Of a stretch of DNA of 64,000 nucleotides, positions 1 through 14,200 are shown piece by piece (within the stretch, counting starts at the first letter, position 1; each line of letters begins with the position of its first letter). The stretch is from Mizuhopecten yessoensis (lineage: Eukaryota). Under the pieces are notes generated by a model, which was not told the DNA's origin, did not search any database, and worked only from the letters and a program-made list of their open reading frames with translations. The stretch is from positions 124,001 through 188,000 of the forward strand of contig NW_018480065.1 in assembly GCF_002113885.1 (NCBI RefSeq), written 5' to 3'. A program made the translations under genes and the position numbers.

Positions 1-2207
1 CCTTTGTGCTGAAGTTCCCCTTGTGATATATAGGACGCATTTAATGAAATACTCGATGCTCAGAAACAGTTATATATAACCCAACATTTATACTAGTGGT
101 AATGAATACAAACCATGGCCCAGTTAGGATGTGTATTCCATGGCCAGTTTGTCTAGTTAGTAATGATGAGGTATATACAGGAATTTAATTAACACTACAA
201 TCTGAAGGAGTTTATAAACATTTTCATTAACTCCTCTACAATATTTTATAAATGATTTTCTTAAAAAGGCTTTTCATATTATAAACTGAATGCATATCAC
301 TGTGAAGTATTTAATTTAACTTTACATAATAGGTTTATGGTACATTATCATTCACTCGAGCAAATTGTATTTGTTTACTAAATAGTTTAGTTGCTCTCTC
401 TCTCTCTCACTCTGCTTTTTGTATTTATTTATTATTGATGACAATTAGAGGTTAAGACTTATTTACCAGTAGGGACCACATAATCAAAAGGCAATTTTGG
501 ATTTCGTTTGATCAGAATATTTCATTAAAGTGATGTCAACAGCCCATCCCTGTGATAGTGTACTGTGACTATCAGATATGTACACACAAGATTTTCCTGT
601 GTTTTTCTGAAGTGGTGTATTTAGTGTACATGAATGATGTACATATTTTATTTCAATGCAATTTGTACCTTACTACAGTCATAAGTAGAAAAAAATGCAA
701 TCTTTTATACTGTATGTAATATATATTTTTCTCATTTCAATACCCCATGTCCAATTGATAATCATTATAGAAATAGATCATAGTATTTAAACAAAACATG
801 CAGAGAAATATATCTGATATGCAAAGCTATAAAGAGTGCTGGCAGTATCGATTGCTACATGTATTTTGGTTGTGTTGATCTCGTGAACTTTTTGTCTCTA
901 AATGATAAAAAAAAATGCACATCGTGAATGTTTATGAAAACAACTGAAAAAATAAAAAAAATACCACAACTTTCGATATAATGATCCTATTTGATTTGGC
1001 CGGTGTTTATATAGTTTTCCTTGTGTATTTCAAGTCCTCATCTGTTTGTGGCGCACGAATATATTATTATGATCCATGTATCTCATTTTAAGCTTGTTTC
1101 TTTTAAATGCAATGAGCATTTTAGTACTGATCAGTGATATATACTATATTGATGTGTCGTGCGGTTACCTGTATGACGACGCAAGATAATGTATGAATGG
1201 ATTCATGGATATGTATTAACTGTGATTATTTGTAGTATCATCATTTTTTTTATCAGGAACAAAACTTATTTTATGGGTGGTGTAAGGAAACGAATGCCTG
1301 TCTACCCCAGATTTAATGAATCAGCAATGGTATTACTGTCATCGCAGAAACTTGATAATGGTGGCTGTAATGTAATGAACTGTTGTCATTCTACAGAAAC
1401 AAAACACTTGTCTGTACAATAAAACAAGTAGTAACTTGTGAGAATGAAGAACTTGCTTTGTCTTTTTCCTGCCACAGATGATTTCCACACTTAACTGCGG
1501 GCCCTTTCCTACAGCATTACCTTTACAATGCATGCTTTCTGGACTTACTGTTCTCGCCATAATTAGCACCCTCCCGCTTTTGAGAGGAGTTGGAAATTAT
1601 ATAAACTTCTTCACCATCCCAGACCTGACCTGACTTGGTCAATAACTTACGGTACTTGCACATTCAAGTGGAGATTTATGGCTAATCTCTCCTTGTAGCA
1701 GATGAAACATTTGTTATTGAAACCTCCAGTCAACTGAATATTCATAATGTCCTTTTATACTGAAACCATGGTTGAAGCTATACAAGTTCTATCATCACTC
1801 ACATTTTATTATCCTAATAAGTGCCCCTTTCAATGTTAATTTTGAAGTGCCCGGGCACTAAATACGGTAATGAAAATCACAAACAAACATTAGACAAACT
1901 AATCTTGGATGAGTGGGCCTAATGAAAATGAAGATTTGTTTTTTTAAGTATGTGAATACTTCATTAATCACTGAATGTGTGTGCTGTACTGTAAAAAGGT
2001 CACTGTGACCTTCATTCTGAGGTCAGAGATCAAATAAGTGCTAAATAATTTCTTACCCCAGGGTAAACTTGTATAAACAAGATGCAATAAAACAGATATG
2101 GTTTTTTTTCAAAAATTGTATTAATAAATTAACAATTTCAGAAAATACCAGCTTCTATCACAGATGTTTTAACTTCAATCACATTTTATTTGAGGATGTA
2201 GTTTAAA

Positions 2208-5200
2208 CTATTTTGGAATGTTCTTGCACTGAAATTCGTCCAGCCATTGTTGTACGTTCTCCAGCACATCATCAAATGAATCACCAGCACCAGTATTGTG
2301 ATCCTGCCCATCGAGGTCATTCCCCTATGGTAAAATAATAAATAAACATACATTGATAGCATTATTGCTGGTAAGAAATACTGGTACATCTTTTTCATTG
2401 ACTTTTAGATTTATTTAAAACACATTTTGCAACTTTCTACAGACTTGCACTTGTTCAACTTTCAGTATTAAAATAAAAACGAGAGTTAGGGGTCAAACTT
2501 GAGGGCCTATCCGTCACATTACAGATATTGCTAACCAGGAATTGGAAATGCTTAGTATCAAAATGAAAGATAAATATCCTGCCAAGGGAAGTAACTCTAA
2601 GCAAAAAGACATGTTTGTTAACCTTTCGATACATATTAAGAGATATTGCTCTCAAATCGAAAAAAACAGATCTGATAGGAAACAATGTGCAGGTACCCTT
2701 GACTGAATGATATTTGATTATGGATATATATTGCAGTTAAAATAAAGGTGCAATTCATGTTAACTTCTATATATAGCTTGACTTAATTTTACTGTCAAAC
2801 ATGACTTGCGTATCAAGTCGTTCCAATACATGAACAAAGACATACTTTACCTGGATTGAATAATTATCTCTGGCTTGGCCTGTACTGAAATTCAAATTAT
2901 CTATTGTCATTCGATGTTGTCCAAGGTCATTGAAGCAGTCTGTGTTTGCCACATGCTGGTCCTGTTGAGAGGACACTCCAGTATTACAACTGTTATACAG
3001 AGGATATCCATCCTGGTTAAGTGAATCTCCAGAGGGCCCAATACCCGTACATGTATCAGCAGGATGGAACATCCCAGCTTCTTGGCTTTCGTTATCATCA
3101 TTACCATGATGTATGCTGCTCATACTGTCTCCACATAGCCTTCCTTGTGTACCTACACTAGGAGCATGGATTTGACTGGAGAAATGACGAGGTTGACTGC
3201 AGTGATCACCAATATGTCTACGCCTGATGAATTCTCCACAACACTCTGTCCTTGAAGACTCTGCCAGGTTTGATAAGCCAAAACCACACCTATCATCCTG
3301 TGTAAAATTCTTGTCTGTCCTTATCTATTAATAAAATAAAAGAACTTTTGAAATATTTATCGATACAATAACAGAGAAACTTATATTTATTTGTAGGATC
3401 CATCAGTACCTTAGGGTAGTCTAGATGTCTACCATACAATTCCATAATGTGTAGTGAACTCTTCCTGAACACAATGCCACAACCAACATCTCCATGTGAC
3501 CGGTGTTACATGATTGATTTGACCCGAAACAAGATCCTGAAACTAGGATGATTCTTTGATGATACATCTGCTGTGTTTCTGTGACCAGATTTGTATCTTT
3601 GCTGTAATAACTGCAGATCTTTGTGAAAATTTAGATTATGTAAAAAAAAAAAATGCATTAAAGCATATTAAGATTCCTAGATTTATATAATACAATACAA
3701 ACCGCTACATATTGTACTACTTCTTGAAATTAATTCTTTTCATAGCAATGCTTTCACTAGGAATACATACCAGAGGTGTTGTGTGTACCATTAGACCACT
3801 CCCTGCAGAAGGTCCTTGCTCAAGGCCAAAGAAACCACTCGGTGTCGAAGTTTTATGTCCAATGCCTGAGAAACCACTCCCTGCAGAAGTTTCATGTCCA
3901 AGGCCTGAGAAACCACTCCCTGCAGAAGGTTCATATCCAAGGCCCGAGTAACTACTCCCTGCAGAAGGTTCATGTCCAAGGCCCGAGTAACTACTCCCTG
4001 CAGAAGTTCCTTGCTCAAGGCCAAAGAAACCACTCGGTGTCGAAGATTCATGTCCAATGCCTGAGAAACCACTCCCTGCAGAAGTTTCATGTCCAAGGCC
4101 TGAGAAACCACTCCCTGCAGAAGTTTCATGTCCAAGGCCTGAGAAACCACTCCCTGCAGAAGTTTCATGTCCAAGGCCAAAAACCCCACTCCCTGCAGAA
4201 GTTTCATGTCTAAGGCCAAAAAAACCACTCCCCACAGAAATATCATGTCCAAGGCCCAAGTAAGCACTTCTTGTAAGGGTTTCTTGTCCTTGATCTGTGA
4301 AATCACTCCCTTTGGAACTTTCTCGTTCTGGGGTGTTGAAACTGGCTTTTGTATGGGTATATGGTACTGCAAAAGGGAAACCACTTCCAGTAAAATTTTC
4401 ATGTTCAATCTTTACAGATTCACCCTCTGTAGAATATTCTTGACTTATTTCTGTGAATCCACTGTTAGTAAAATTTTCTGCGTAAGTTTCTTGCGCTCTG
4501 CCAGTAATGGTTTCTTGCCTTATTCCCTCTGTGAAACCATCCTCTGCAGAGATTTCATTTCTTAGATCTGTGAAACTACTTTCATTAAAGGTTTGTTGTC
4601 CTTGGCCCGTACAATAACTGGTAAATATTTCATGCTCTAGGTCCGTGTAACTACTCCCAATGGAGGTTTCTTTAGCTCCATCTGTGAAACTCCTTTCTCC
4701 TGAAGTCTCTTGCCCTAGGTTCGAGAATCCACCCTCGGCTGATTTTTGTTCTGGGTCTGTGAAACTCGTCCCTGCGGAGGCTTCATCATGGTTTGGATTG
4801 GTAAGAGCACAACCTACAGAATCTGACTTTGATGAGTTGGTCTTGATTGGGGAATGATTGTTTGCCTTTGTCTGACCTCTGACTCCACACCTTTCACTGG
4901 CGATGTTCCATAATCTGTTCGTGACCTCAGACTCCACAACTCGACTATTGTTAACCTGGGGAAATATCAGCATTCATCTCAAACCCTCACAGAAAAATTG
5001 ATAAATGCTACAAGATATTCACTTTTAAGATTTCATGATGTGATCAGGCGTCTGAAATATTGCTTCGGTGATAATTGGATGATATTGGAACTTGTCACAA
5101 TACACAAAAGTATTAGGACTTAAAATTCTCTTTCATGTTTCAAAAGGTTAGTCATATTCCAAATACAACTTGACACATGATTTATTTTTTCAGGGATCTA

Positions 5201-8200
5201 GTTAAAAACCCCAATAAAAAGATGTCTTTAAACATTGTATCTTATTCTTATAAATGGCCCAGAACTAGACACACATGGCTGTCAGATTACCGAAAGAAGA
5301 CTGAAGCACTGTTGGCGAAACTCCTCGTTGTTGCTGTGGGACAGGATATAGGAAATAGACTTGACCATGTTGGGTATCGCCTTGGTGTAACATTCTGTCT
5401 GAGGTCACAAAAAATAATCTTTAGTACACTAACCTAGCTAGTGTCTATACCAAATCCTGTATAGTCATGAATCTTTACACTGTATCCAAGGTAGTGACTA
5501 TACCAAATCCTGTATAGTCAGGAATCCTTACACTGTAACCCAGCTAGTGACTATACGGCATCCTGTATAGTCAGGAATCTTTACAATGTAACAAAGGTAG
5601 TGACTATACCAAATCCTGTATAGTCAGGAATCTTTACAATGTAACAAAGGTAGTGACTATACCAAATCCTGTATAGTCATGAATCTTTACACTGTAACCA
5701 AGGTAGTGTCTTTACCAAATCCTGTATAGTCAGGAATCCTTACACTGTAACCCAGCTAGTGACTATACCAAATCCTGTATAGTCAGGAATCTGTACACTG
5801 TAACCTAGCTAGTGTCTATACCAAATCCTGTACAGTCAGGAATCTTTACTCTGTAACCTAGCTAGTGTCTATAACAAATCCTGTATAGGCAGGAATCTTT
5901 ACACCGTAACCAAGGTAGTGACTATACCAAATCCTGTATAGTCAGGAATCCTTACACTGTAACCCAGCTAGTGACTATACGGCATCCTGTATAGTCAGGA
6001 ATCTTTACACTGTTACCTAGCTAGTGTCTATACCAAATCCTGTATACACTGTTACCTAGCTAGTGTCTATACCAAATCCTGTACAGTCAGTAATCTTTAC
6101 ACTGTAACCTAGCTATTGTCTATAACAAATCCTGTATAGTCAGGAATTTTTATACTGTAACCTAGCTAGTGCCTATACCAAATCCTGTATAGTCAGGAAT
6201 CTGTACACTGTAACCAAGGTAGTGACTATACCAAATCCTGTATAGTCAGGAATCCTTACACTGTAACCCAGCTAGTGACTATACGGCATCCTGTATAGTC
6301 AGGAATCTTTACAATGTAACAAAGGTAGTGACTATACCAAATCCTGTATAGTCATGAATCTTTACACTGTATCCAAGGTAGTGACTATACCAAATCCTGT
6401 ATAGTCATGAATCTTTACACTGTATCCAAGGTAGTGACTATACCAAATCCTGTATAGTCAGGAATCTGTACACTGTAACCTAGCTAGTGTCTATAACAAA
6501 TCCTGAATAGTCAGGAATCTTTATACTGTAACCCAGCTAGTGCCTATACCAAATCCCGTATAGTCAGGAATCTTTACACTGTAACCTAGCTAGTGTCTAT
6601 AACAAATCCTGTATAGTCAGGAATCTTTATACTGTAACCCAGCTAGTGCCTATACCAAATCCTGTATAGTCAGGAATCTTTACACTGTAACACAGCTAGT
6701 GACTATACCAAATCCTGTATAGTCAGGAATCTTTACACTGTTACCTAGCTAGTGTCTATACCAAATCCTGTACAGTCAGGAATCTTTACTCTGTAACCTA
6801 GCTAGTGTCTATAACAAATCCTGTATAGTCAGGAATCCTTACACTGTAACCCAGCTAGTGTCTATAACAAATCCTGTATAGACAGGAATCTTTACACTGT
6901 AACCTAGCTATTGTCTATAACAAATCCTGTATAGTCAGGAATCTTTACACTGTAACCCAGCTAGTGTCTATACCAAATCATGTATAGTCAGGAATCGTTA
7001 CACTGTAACCCAGCTAGTGTCTATAACAAATCCTGTATAGTCAGGAATCTTTAAACTGTAACCAAGGTAGTGACTATACCAAAGCCTGTATAGTCAGGAA
7101 TCTTTACACTGCAACCTAGCTAGTGTCTATAACAAATCCTGTATAGACAGGAATCTTTACACTGTAACCTAGCTAATGACTATAACAAATCCTGTATAGT
7201 CAGGAATCTTTACCCTGTAACCTAGCTAGTGTCTATAACAAATCCTGTATAGTCAGGAATCTTGATACTGTAACCTAGCTAGTGCCTATACCAAATCCTG
7301 TATAGTCAGGAATTTTTACACTGTAACCCAGCTAGTGACTATACCAAATCCTGTATTGTCAGGAATCTTTACACTGTAACCCAGCTACTGTCTTTACCAA
7401 ATCCTGTATAGTCAGGAATCTTTAAACTGTAACCAAGGTAGTGACTATACCAAAGCCTGTATAGTCAGGAATCTTTACACTGTAAGCAAGGTAGTGACTA
7501 TACCAAATCCTGTATACTCAGGAATCTTTACACTGTAACCCAGCTAGCGTCTTTACCAAATCCTGTATAGTCAGGAATCTTCACACTGTAACCAAGGTAG
7601 TGACTATACCAAAGCCTGTATAGTCAGGAATCTTTACACTGCAACCTAGCTAGTGTCTATAACAAATCCTGTATAGACAGGAATCTTTACACTGTAACCT
7701 AGCTAGTGTCTATACCAAATCCTGTATAGTCAGGAATTTTTACACTGTAACCCAGCTAGTGACTATACCAAATCCTGTATTGTCAGGAATCTTTACACTG
7801 TAACCCAGCTAGCGTCTTTACCAAATCCTGTATAGTCAGGAATCTTCACACTGTAACCAAGGTAGTGACTATACCAAATCCTGTATACTCAGGAATCTTT
7901 ACACTGTAACCCAGCTACTGTCTTTACCAAATCCTGTATAGTCAGGAATCTTTACATTGTAACCCAGCTAGTGTCTATAACAAATCCTGTATAGTCAGGA
8001 ATCTTTAAACTGTAACCAAGGTAGTGACTATACCAAAGCCTGTATAGTCAGGAATCTTTACACTGCAACCTAGCTAGTGTCTATAACAAATCCTGTATAG
8101 ACAGGAATCTTTACACTGTAACCTAGCTAATGACTATAACAAATCCTGTATAGTCAGGAATCTTTAAACTGTAACCAAGGTAGTGACTATACCAAATCCT

Positions 8201-11200
8201 GTATACTCAGGAATCTTTACACTGTAACCCAGCTAGTGTCTATAACAAATCCTGTATAGTCAGGAATCTTTACACCGTAACCAAGGTAGTTACTATACTA
8301 AATCCTGTATAGTCAGGAATCTTTACACTGTAAGCAAGGTAGTGACTATACCAAATCCTGTATAGTCAGGAATCTTTACACTGTAACCAAGATAGTGACT
8401 ATACTAAATCCTGTATAGTCAGGAATCTTTACACTGTAACCAAGGTAGTGACTATACTAAATCCTGTATAGTAAAGAATCTTTACACTGTAACCTAGCTA
8501 GTGTCTATACCAAATCCTGTATAGTCCGGAATCTTTACACTGAAACCCAGCTAGTGTCTATACCATTTACACTGTAACCTAGCTAGTGTCTATACCAAAT
8601 CCTGTATAGTCAGGAATCTTTACACTGTAACCTAGTTAATGTCTATACCAAATCCTGTATAGTCAGTAATCTTTACACTGTAACCTAGCTAGTGTCTATA
8701 CCAAATCCGGTATAGTCAGGAATCTTTACACTGTAACCTAGCTAGTGTCTATACCAAATCCTGTATAGTCAGGAATCTTTACACTGTAACCTAGCTAGTG
8801 TCTATACCAAATCCTGTATAGTCAGGAATCTTTACACTGTAACCCAGCTAGTGTCTATACCAAATCCTGTATAGTCAGGAATCTTTATCTTCTGTCTCGC
8901 TGTTCATTGATTCTATAGTCAAACTATAACCGAAATCTTAAAACCTGATAATTAAATGTAAATATTGCTCTATACAGTGTTTGGTTTAGACAGGTTGCTA
9001 TTAAATAAACAAAATTTAAGATAATATGGCATTACGTAGCATTCAATTGAGTCGCAGAAGAGATTGATGTTATTATAATGTTGGTGTTGTAACGGCCTTA
9101 ATGCTTCATTGTCAACATAGATATTGTCACTTAGTACCATTTTAGTAACTACCGTAATGCACAAGTTGAAAATATCCAAATTACACATCTGAATTCCAAT
9201 ATTAGATTGGGGTCTTTCAACATGACTTATCTAGGGGTTGAAATTCTGGTTGACTGGACCGTCTTTTAGGGGTTTGCTGAATCTTAAAGTATTTCAACTA
9301 TTCAACCTTCATGTCAGCTTGCTGATCATAAGGTAATTAAACTTCCGATGCGTTACTGAATAGATAATTTCTCATTCTTTGCAGATCATTTGTCGAGAAA
9401 AAAATTGATTTTATAATTACATGCAGCATATCTACTTTAAGATGTATTTAAAACATGAAGTATCAAAATCAATTGATTTGAAAATTGTTTAAGTTCAAAA
9501 ACGTTTGTTTCTTTTTTTCAGAGAATATGACTTTGAATCCCTATAAGAGTAGCTTTAGATATAAATTTCAATATTTGTGAAAAGATGATGTATTACAGTT
9601 TGTATTATCTGGTTGTAAAGAGAAAGAGGCCGAAAACTCTCAGCATCAAGTATACAGTATATCAGTAACTGATAGGTTTAACTGTACCTTTCTGTCCGTG
9701 TCCCTGTCTGGCTTTAGTAGGCGGGCCACTACTCCTGAAATAACCTTGTCTATCTCCTGTTGATGGTCCGTTAAAATACTGGGATAATTCTTTTGGAACC
9801 ATGCACAAAAATCTAGATTTTTCACAAACAAGAAAAATACCACAGTAATTTCTGATGTAAATAATTGACAAATAGTTTTAATATCAAGCACATGCATAAT
9901 TTCATAAAAGCAGAGATTTAAAAGTTTTACAGAAGAACAGTGTTTATTAGGTCTTTTATTGTATATCTCAAGTTGTAGTTACATACATAACAAATATTAA
10001 GACAATTTTACTTTCATTATATTATTTCTTTGTGAGTCAGAGAGAGAAAGAAGGACAAATTCCTACCTAGCTTAGCCTGTATAGGCTGACCGTCGATCCC
10101 AAAATGGACATGGATAAAGAGAGCAAACTTGCTGTCAACCTTCTTGTGTGTTTGTGGCACCGTAGACTCCAGCAGAGCAGCACAATGACTGGAGAACCTG
10201 TCTGGAATCAATCACCCATACAAATATTATCTTCATCTTGCCTAGCTATAACTGAGATGGAGGATGTTTCTGGAGTAACAGGTGATGCCACAACAAAGTG
10301 AATTTGGTAAACGTTTTTTGACCATACAGGCTCTGCAGTCTACCTGCGATAATTACAGGCCATAATTACCACCTGTCTTACAAGAGAACTCAGAAAAGTC
10401 AATTACAGGATCATGTAGGTTTTTCTCTCGGTACTCTTTTGGCACTCCATTTTCCTCACATATTAAGACCCCCATATATACACTACCACATGCACTTTGC
10501 TGGAATCTACAGAATTTGCATTAAATTTTTATCATAATGTGTTTAATTGTGTGCACAAAATCAACAAACATCAAATGAGCCTAACATCCATATACCTACC
10601 TTCCATTGAAGCACTAGTGGCATGAATGTTCAGACCATACATGTTCCACGGAATCTGTTCCAGAGGATTATATTGGGTACTTGTATCTTTCAACACTGGG
10701 AATACAGGGACAGCCTCTGGACCAAAAAGGTACAGCTGTGGAGAACATATAATTCATTTAAACTCACAACAGAAGACTTACAGTCAGGCATTTCATCCAA
10801 GAAAGCCTGGCACAATATCTGTAGTTACTTAAACATCTGCAACATTTGACCTTGCCAAATAACCTTGTGCAACCTTTGATCTTGACCTTGTGTAAACTTT
10901 GACCTAGGTAACCTATGACAAATGGCAAATGGTAACCTTTGACCTAAGTTAATAACATTTAAAAGTTGATCAATCCGGTATATAAGAACTCACTGAATCC
11001 CAAGGAATCTGTTTGCATGAGATTCACTTACATTTATCAGTCCTGCCGTAGCACAGGTTCCAAGTCGGCCACCTCCTCCTCTTCCTTGTACATAGTTCAT
11101 ATGAGCTACTACTTGTAGAGTGACAGTGTTAGGATAGGAAGAATCTCCCGTCCCCTCACACGCAGATAGCTGGGTTATCTCACTACAGACAGGCACTACA

Positions 11201-14200
11201 AATCGACTGGTACAAACATACGATGTGTTTCTGAAATAATAAGATAAGTTTATTTCTGGTACAAGTTCATTTCTTATCCTCTACATCGGATTCCAAATAA
11301 TACATATATATATACATAATAAATCACAAAGTTATAATGTTCATATGTTGCCACATCATTTTATTGATGAATTTCAGATTTATAATTATACAAAAGTAGG
11401 GTACACGTAGGTTGTTCCATATATGCAGTGAAATAAGTTTTGTCGGAGGCTGGTCCTTGCCCATATATATATCAAATATATTTTTTGTAATTTGAAAGGT
11501 TACACAATTTACACAGCAGATCTTGAAAAGCCACTGACTTACCCATGCCTCCTTTATGTAAACTTTTAGTGCAATAGACATAGCTAGATATTACCATTTC
11601 TCCCACATTAACCACTACTGTAGATTTTCTCACTCCCGATTCATTGGATAAACCTGCCAGGAGTAATTGGTAAACAGTTTTGGTTACCCACTAGTGGGTA
11701 ACAATAGAGGGTTACACCCTGGACCAACTTTCATTGGTCAATATTCTAATTAAGTAGCAATACATTTCGACATCATCTTTCATTGTGACATCACAGTTCA
11801 TGGCAATTGTTTCCTCGATCGGAAACAGGAATTATGCAATCCCAAAAGTAACATAATTATGATTTTCTGGATATAATATCTGAAAGTTTCAAGAGAAAAT
11901 AAGATCCCCAAACTTGTGATGGTTGAGTACCATGTTTATCTAGCTCTCTTTAGTTAATTTCAAACTTTCAAACACACTCAGTTATACCTTGTGTCTTTTA
12001 AACAATTTGAAAATTAATTAACTTGAGATAGATATATAAACATGACCACCAATCATCACTCATTGGGAACTTCTACTTATACCTGTCTATGTGGGATGAC
12101 ATTTGTGCAATAGAAAAAACTAATATTGCAACAGAGAAAGCAGTAACATGCACATGAACAGCTTCACATCACACTGTATTACATGTTAGTATACCTATAA
12201 TGTTTTAGAGAATTGGTGGACAAATGTTGAAATCAATATCCAGATACATAAAAGATAACAGGGATTTTTTCCTACAGTATAAATATAAAAATAAATTTCA
12301 ACAAATAAACAAATGCACAGCTTTACACCATGATGTACTGACACCTAAATGTTAAAAAAAACACCAGTTCATATTAATGCATTGCCAGTTTAGCCAGACA
12401 ATACATGCACATCTATGAATATATAGAGAGTTAATGTGGTAGGGGTTATTATTACTATAATATTACATCATGTTGTATTGATACATTTTTTTTTACTGAA
12501 ATCAGCTCATAAATACAGAAATGCATAACATATAACTAGTAAAGGGACATAACTCCATTAACATGTGTTGTAACAGAGAAACAGTTACACTTACACAGTT
12601 TCATACCATGTTGTATTAAAAAATAAAAATATATATATATATATTCTATTTCCTATATATGGCAAAATTCAAAACTGGACAATTCTTCTGTACACTGATG
12701 TCAGAATTTTTAAAGTATTTCTCACATTCTTGCGATTCTCACAAAATACTTTACCTCAGAAAGTAGGAAGCATCTCCACATATTTCAAGAGGACTTCCAG
12801 ACAAATTCATTGATGTGCAACTGAAAAGAAATAATTTGATTATAATCCAATTTTACTTTTGTATTAATTATAAAATCACAGCAACCTTCTTTTAATAGAC
12901 ATATCATCAACTATCAGTCAGATTATATAACAATGTTGAAAAATTATACATGCGACACATTTTTTTTTGTCCTGGAATTTCTCTCTTCTATACAGTAGAT
13001 CAAGCAGCAAAAACAAGTTTTTTCTGGCTGAGAGTAACTTAATTCCCCTGTCAAATTTTTCATAAGCCTTGTGGCTGATACGTTGGACACTCATGCTTTC
13101 ACAATTGCTGTATGGTGCCATTGGTAAAGTGTATGCTTTGCTTTGTAAAGGTTCCAAGTTTGAACTTGTAGTTTTCGTCTTTTTATTAGCATTTACAATT
13201 TTTGTGAAATGCATGGTATCATGTAAGGTACAATGTAAGGTCTTAAAAAATATTTCACAATAGTAACAAATGTAATAATATAGTTTACTAATTCAGAATT
13301 CTTCCAAACAAGAGGAAATATATATTTGAAACACAATCAAACGTTATTGAAAATATATTTTTTAATTTATTTTTTACAATCTGAGGATAATTCGATATCA
13401 CTCTTTTACCCTTTAAACAATTTTAAGTTCCAAACACATGGAAGTGATTATAAAAAAGTGTGAAATAAAGTAGTCATTACAAACCTAAAGTCTGATTCAC
13501 ACAAATTCTCATAGATTTTCATGTTGAACTCCAACTGTATCTGAAATCAGAAAAAGAACTGTTAAAGCAAACAACCTTGTGATTTTGTGTTTGTAAACAA
13601 TGCTTAAACAATATGCTTTTTTTTTTAATTTGAAACTATTTTGCCAATTGGTAGGATATTTTTATCCATACGGAGAAAAAAAAAGGAAAGACGAAAACCC
13701 ATTTTCACTATTTGTACAATTGTGACAAATACGCTTCCTGTACAAAAAGGCCTGTTATAATAGTTTACCTTTGGGTTGAATATCTTGTATAACCAAAGAT
13801 ACTTGTACATTTTCTGGCATTCAAGCATCATTAAGTGTTTAGAAAGGAGGATCTGGAATCAACCAAACAGAAACATGATTACTGCATCGTTTTACATTCG
13901 TTTAAAAACAAATGAAGAATTAATTAATTGTGTACAATCTTTAACATTTGCTTATTTTATGAACATTGAATAATACATAACTTGGGACAAAATGATACCT
14001 CACCAAATGAATCAATACTGTTTACAGAGAAATGTCCACACGGTCAAATTTTTCGCCCTTAAATTGCCTGTAAAATCAATATTCGCCCAATATTCAATTC
14101 GCCCTTTACATTTAATTACTATGTATATTATTTTGTTTGCAAATGTTTGCTGTAATCCCAGATTGTAAAGTCAGAAAAGGGAGGACATGCTTAAATATGA

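Noticed and set aside
1-1735. 3' UTR of an upstream plus-strand gene (AATAAA at 1418) and exon-like minus segments at 1440-1733
   Set aside because: Plausible, but no recognisable coding sequence supports a call.
3712-4857. Several overlapping plus-strand and alternate-frame ORFs
   Set aside because: Shadows of the 39-bp coding repeat; only the minus frame joins the TOP6BL exons.
5425-8887. CRISPR-like appearance of the regular array
   Set aside because: Head-to-tail units with no unique spacers, no cas genes, eukaryotic intron.
10782-10818. Mini-exon ILCQAFLDEMPD in TOP6BL
   Set aside because: Phase 0-1 would shift the frame; the flanking exons join cleanly without it.
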